A stretch of 63,076 nucleotides of DNA, counting the filler, from Thermodesulfobacteriota bacterium (GTDB lineage Bacteria; DASVDK01), in assembly GCA_036381125.1 (NCBI GenBank). It is 9 parts of 9 records of this genome, joined end to end, with 100 filler letters (N's around TTAATTAATTAA, not from the genome) between each part and the next. Parts side by side here need not be neighbours in the genome. Positions count along the whole stretch, not along the records: positions 59,317 to 63,076 come from DASVDK010000119.1; 8 more parts are not named here. One strand, given 5' to 3'. The notes below the pieces were generated by a model, which was not told where the DNA came from, did not search any database, and was given only the letters and a program-made list of their open reading frames with translations. The stretch's first letter is position 1. Each line of letters begins with the position of its first letter. This document shows, piece after piece, positions 59,341 to 63,076 of the stretch. The position numbers and the translations under genes were made by a program.

Positions 59341-60885
59341 TCAGCTCTGCGCGGCCGCGCGGGCGGCGCGGCGGCGGCGCAGCCAGCGGGCGCGCACGCG
59401 CACCGGCCGCGTGAAGCGCCGGAAGACCGAGCCGATGCCGGCGGTGATCCGTTCGACCGGGCTCTGCACCGCGAAGCGATAGCGGTAGCCGTCGCGGGCG
59501 AGCGCCACACGGGCGCCGACGGAGAGCCCCTCGCTCGAGTCGGCACGCGCGAGGACGCGGCGGCCGTCGGCCGTCTGGACGAGGCCGAGCACGAGCGGCG
59601 AGGGGAACCCCTCGGGCGGCACGTGGAGCACGGTGTAGCTCGCCAGGCGTGCGGCGGTGAGCGTGGCCGGCTCGCCCCGGACGACCGGGGTCTCCTCGAG
59701 GACCACCGGCTGCGCCGGCACGGGGTGGACCGTTCCGCGCTCGGCGCGGTCCAGGATGGCGACGAGGTTGTTGTTGGCCAGCCCGCCGATGCTCTGGACG
59801 AGGGCGATGGCCGGAGACGGCAACTGTCGGCCGGGGCTCGCGTCGCCGCGAAGCTGCCAGACCGCCTCGACGATCTGCGCCAGGCCGGAGGCCCCCACCG
59901 GGTGCCCGCGGGCCTTGAGCCCGCCCGACGGGTTGATCGGCAGCCGGCCGGTGAGCCCGGTCGTACCGTCGAGGACGGCGCGGCCTCCCTGCCCGTCGGC
60001 GAAGAAGCCGAGGTCCTCGGTGCCGATGACCTCGAAGGGGGTGAAGGCGTCGTGGACCTCGGCGAAGCTCACGTCCTGCGGGCCGATGCCGGCCATGGCG
60101 TAGGCCTGGGCGGCCGCGAGCCTGGTGGACCGGAACCCGGTGAGGCTGCCGCGGTAGCGAAGCGCGATCGTGTCGGTCGCATGCCCGAGGCCGATCACGC
60201 GGACGCCCCCCTTGCCCGGCTCGGCGGACACGACCACCGCCGCCGCCCCGTCGGTGATGGGGGCGCAGTCGTAGAGCCGCAGCGGCGTCGCGATGGGCCG
60301 CGAGGCCCGGTGCGCGGCCTCGGTGATCGGCTTGCGGAACTGCGCGTAGGGGTTGAGCGCGCCGTTCGCGTGGTTCTTGACGGCGACCGCCGCGAGGACG
60401 CGCGTCATCGCCTCCTCGGACAGGCCGTGCTGCGCCATGTAGCAGCGCGTGACGAGCGCCGCCAGCGCCGGCATGCTCGCCCCGGCGTTCCGCTCGTCGT
60501 GGTCGATCACTTCGGCGAGGATGGCGGTCGTCCGGGCGGTGGGGAGGTGGGTCATCTTCTCGGCCGCCACGACGAGCACGCGCCGCGCGTGTCCGGAGCC
60601 GACCGCCATGCATGCCTGGTGGAAGGCGGTAGCCCCTGTCGAGGAGGCGGTCTCGATGCGGACCGCCGAGGCGCCGGTGAGGCCGAGGGCGTCGGTGACG
60701 ACGACGGCGAGGTTGCCCTCCCCGATGAACTCCTCCGGGTTCATGACGCCCACGTAGACCGCGTCCACGGCATCGATGCCGGCATCCTCGAGCGCGGCCC
60801 GCCCGGCATCGGTGGTGAGGTTGATCAGGGAGCGGACCGTCTTCCCGAAAGGGGTCATCCCGACGCCGCTGATGTAGATCGCCAT
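59341..60885 (-). CDS. SCP2/archaeal-type thiolase-like protein fused to a DUF35-like OB fold; Ser at the nucleophile position
   Basis: GVGMTPFG, RIETASSTG, NPYAQF, DCAPITDGAAA, HDAF, GHPVGASG; C-terminal SYTVLHVPPEGF..PLVLGLV. Confidence 0.88.
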   Translation of the reverse strand: MAIYISGVGMTPFGKTVRSLINLTTDAGRAALEDAGIDAVDAVYVGVMNPEEFIGEGNLAVVVTDALGLTGASAVRIETASSTGATAFHQACMAVGSGHARRVLVVAAEKMTHLPTARTTAILAEVIDHDERNAGASMPALAALVTRCYMAQHGLSEEAMTRVLAAVAVKNHANGALNPYAQFRKPITEAAHRASRPIATPLRLYDCAPITDGAAAVVVSAEPGKGGVRVIGLGHATDTIALRYRGSLTGFRSTRLAAAQAYAMAGIGPQDVSFAEVHDAFTPFEVIGTEDLGFFADGQGGRAVLDGTTGLTGRLPINPSGGLKARGHPVGASGLAQIVEAVWQLRGDASPGRQLPSPAIALVQSIGGLANNNLVAILDRAERGTVHPVPAQPVVLEETPVVRGEPATLTAARLASYTVLHVPPEGFPSPLVLGLVQTADGRRVLARADSSEGLSVGARVALARDGYRYRFAVQSPVERITAGIGSVFRRFTRPVRVRARWLRRRRAARAAAQS

Positions 60886-61111
60886 ATGCTGGAAGTCCCC
60901 GGGCAGCCCTTCGCGAGATGGAGATGCATCGAGAGTGCCTGGGCGTGAAACGTCCGTCAAGGGCTATCGACATAATCCGGTTTGATCGGGTGGCCGCACC
61001 GCGTCAGCGGTTCTAACCGGTTCAGTTTCCATATACTTCCGGTGACGATCCCGTGTACACTCGTCGTCGGAAAGTTTCGACAGAGCCGTTTCGGGTTGGG
61101 GGCACCTGACC

Positions 61112-61882
61112 ATGGCGCTAGAGGAGACGCTTGCTCGGCTCGGCATCGACGGGCGCCGCGCGCGATTCTATCTGGCGGCGCTCGAGCTGGGGGAGGCGCC
61201 GATCACGGCGGTGGCGCAGAAGGCGGGGGTGAGCCGCACGACGGCCTACGACCTCCTTGCCCGCCTGCTGCGCGAGGGGCTCGTGACCCGGGTCGAGAAG
61301 TCGGGGCGGCTGCACGTCCTGGCCGAGGATCCGGCCGCGCTCCTGCGCCGCCTCGACGAGCGGCGCGCGCTGCTCACGGCCGCCCTCCCCGAGCTGCGAT
61401 CGGTCTACAACCGCTCCACCGTCAAGCCTCGCATCCACTTCTACGAGGGGGCCGAGGGGATCCGGACCGTCCTGCTCGACCGGCTCCAGTGCCGCAGCCG
61501 GCGGCTGCGCGGCATCCTCTCCATGCAGGACCTCCTCGAGGCGCCCGGCCGCCGCGAGATGGACCGGCTCATCGCGCTGCGCATCGAGGCGGGCATCCAT
61601 CTCCAGGCGATCCGCTCGCGCGCCAAGGAGGTCGACCACATCTGGCCCTCGTCCCCGAGCGACCTGCGCGAGCTGCGCTACGCGCCCGAGGGGCTCGTCT
61701 TCGCCATGACGACGTACATCTACGACCACAAGGTCTCCTTCATCTCCACCCGGCGGGAGAGCTTCGGGATGATCGTCGAGAGCGAGGAGTTCGCGGCGCT
61801 CCAGGAGAACTACTTCGAGGTCCTCTGGCGGGTGTCCGAGCCGGCCCCCGTGTTCGACGGCGAGCCGGCGGCGGCCCGGTGA
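61112..61882 (+). CDS. TrmB-family transcriptional regulator
   Basis: YLAALELGEA..IT..A..GVSRTTAYD winged HTH; PRIHFYEGAEG; IYDHKV. Confidence 0.85.
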   Translation: MALEETLARLGIDGRRARFYLAALELGEAPITAVAQKAGVSRTTAYDLLARLLREGLVTRVEKSGRLHVLAEDPAALLRRLDERRALLTAALPELRSVYNRSTVKPRIHFYEGAEGIRTVLLDRLQCRSRRLRGILSMQDLLEAPGRREMDRLIALRIEAGIHLQAIRSRAKEVDHIWPSSPSDLRELRYAPEGLVFAMTTYIYDHKVSFISTRRESFGMIVESEEFAALQENYFEVLWRVSEPAPVFDGEPAAAR

Positions 61883-61929
61883 GCCGGCTCCCGCCGGGCC
61901 TGGCCCCGTGCGAAACGTCGTGCTAGAAG

Positions 61930-62928
61930 ATGACGATGCCGCCGCTCCTCGACGTGCGCGACCTCGAGACCAGCTTCCGCACCTCTCACGGCCTGGTGAA
62001 GGCGGTCGACGGGGTGAGCTTCGACATCCAGCCGGGCGAGACGCTCGCCCTGGTCGGCGAGTCGGGGTGCGGCAAGTCGGTCACCGCGCTGTCGATCATG
62101 CGCCTGGTGCCGGACCCGCCGGGCCGCATCACCGGCGGCCAGGTGCGCTTCGACGGCCGCGACCTCCTCACCCTGTCCGACCGGGCGATGCGCCGCGTCC
62201 GCGGCAAGGACATCGGCATGATCTTCCAGGAGCCGATGACCTCGCTGAACCCCGTGCTCACGATCGGGCTGCAGCTCACCGAGACGATGGAGCACCACCT
62301 CGGCCTCTCGCCGGCCGCCGCCCGGGCGCGCGCCGTCGAGCTGCTCGGCCTGGTCGGCATCCCCGAGCCCGAGCGGCGCCTGTCGCAGCACCCGCATCAG
62401 TTCTCGGGCGGCATGCGGCAGCGGGTCATGATCGCCATCGCGCTCTCCTGCCGGCCCCGCCTCGTCCTGGCCGACGAGCCGACGACCGCCCTCGACGTGA
62501 CGATCCAGGCCCAGATCCTCGAGCTGCTCAAGAAGCTCTCGCACGAGTTCGGCGTCGCCATGGTGATCATCACGCACAACCTCGGCGTGGTCGCCCGCTA
62601 CGCCGACCGGGTGAACGTGATGTACGCGGGGCGCGTGGTCGAGCGCGGGCTCGCGGCCGAGATCTACGACCGTCCGCTGCACCCCTACACGCTGGGGCTG
62701 CTCCGCTCCGTGCCGCGCCTCGACCAGCCGCGACGCCAGCGGCTCGACCCCATCCCGGGACAGCCGCCCGACCTCGCGCGGCTGCCGGTCGGCTGCAGCT
62801 TCCGCCCGCGATGCCGCTTCGCGGTCGAGCGCTGCGAGCGCGAGGCCCCTCCCCTCATGCCCCAGGCCGGCGGGCGCCTGTCCGCCTGCTGGAAGGCGGC
62901 CGAGCTGCCGAGACCGGAGGCCGCGTGA
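61930..62928 (+). CDS. OppD/DppD ABC ATP-binding protein
   Basis: [39 protein letters not shown]-terminal Cys cluster. Confidence 0.93.
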   Translation: MTMPPLLDVRDLETSFRTSHGLVKAVDGVSFDIQPGETLALVGESGCGKSVTALSIMRLVPDPPGRITGGQVRFDGRDLLTLSDRAMRRVRGKDIGMIFQEPMTSLNPVLTIGLQLTETMEHHLGLSPAAARARAVELLGLVGIPEPERRLSQHPHQFSGGMRQRVMIAIALSCRPRLVLADEPTTALDVTIQAQILELLKKLSHEFGVAMVIITHNLGVVARYADRVNVMYAGRVVERGLAAEIYDRPLHPYTLGLLRSVPRLDQPRRQRLDPIPGQPPDLARLPVGCSFRPRCRFAVERCEREAPPLMPQAGGRLSACWKAAELPRPEAA

Positions 62929-63076
62929 TGGCGACCCGGCCGATCCTCGAGGTCCGGGAGCTGCGCAAGCACTTCGCGGTGACGCAGGGGGTGATCCGCC
63001 AGACGGTGGTCGGCGCCGTCAAGGCGGTCGACGGCGTGAGCTTCGAGGTGGCACCGGGGGAGACCTTCGGCCTCGT
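62928..63076 (+). CDS. OppF/DppF ABC ATP-binding protein (3' truncated at window end)
   Basis: ILEVRELRKHF...[17 protein letters not shown]. Confidence 0.85.
   Translation, partial: MATRPILEVRELRKHFAVTQGVIRQTVVGAVKAVDGVSFEVAPGETFGL

Overview
The window is not one continuous locus. It is nine contigs of a very GC-rich bacterial draft or metagenome-assembled genome, joined by eight identical 100-bp artificial linkers (44 N + TTAATTAATTAA + 44 N), so gene order means nothing across linkers. Contig 1 (1-10924): ribD-ribE-ribBA-ribH-nusB, a stand-alone M17 N-terminal domain gene, then a deltaproteobacterial-style chemosensory cluster (DUF4388/MshEN-like/GAF-like protein, cheY, cheA, cheW, receiver, cheW, Zn-ribbon atypical receiver) with a consensus sigma54 promoter and no MCP in the visible part. 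Contig 2: def, NUDIX, MBL hydrolase, class II aldolase, gabT and small genes of probable stress function. Contig 3: argH, an LptM-like lipoprotein, a REP-like repeat, an orphan 68-aa ORF with a near-consensus promoter and FadR-type boxes, EamA and a GlcF-like oxidoreductase. Contig 4: probable catabolic operon (atypical ICL/PEP-mutase-family enzyme, ThDP enzyme, ALDH, SsuA/NMT1 ABC transporter). Contig 5: gnd end, a hairpin insertion with a 33-bp duplication, histidine phosphatase, two divergent lipoproteins and a ~1966-aa Ser/Thr kinase-AAA-GAF-PAS-His kinase. Contig 6: NodT-type efflux lipoprotein, AraC, ECF sigma, three His kinases (one frameshifted), CopI-like cupredoxin and CopA. Contig 7: treZ, purK, two ferritin-like proteins, a mutarotase-like protein and a glycogen debranching enzyme. 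Contig 8: peptide ABC transporter whose OppB runs into a lipoprotein-like domain. Contig 9: Cys-to-Ser thiolase-like/OB-fold fusion, TrmB and oppD/oppF. No rRNA, tRNA, CRISPR array or transposase was recognised. All calls come from reading motifs by eye; no database search was run.
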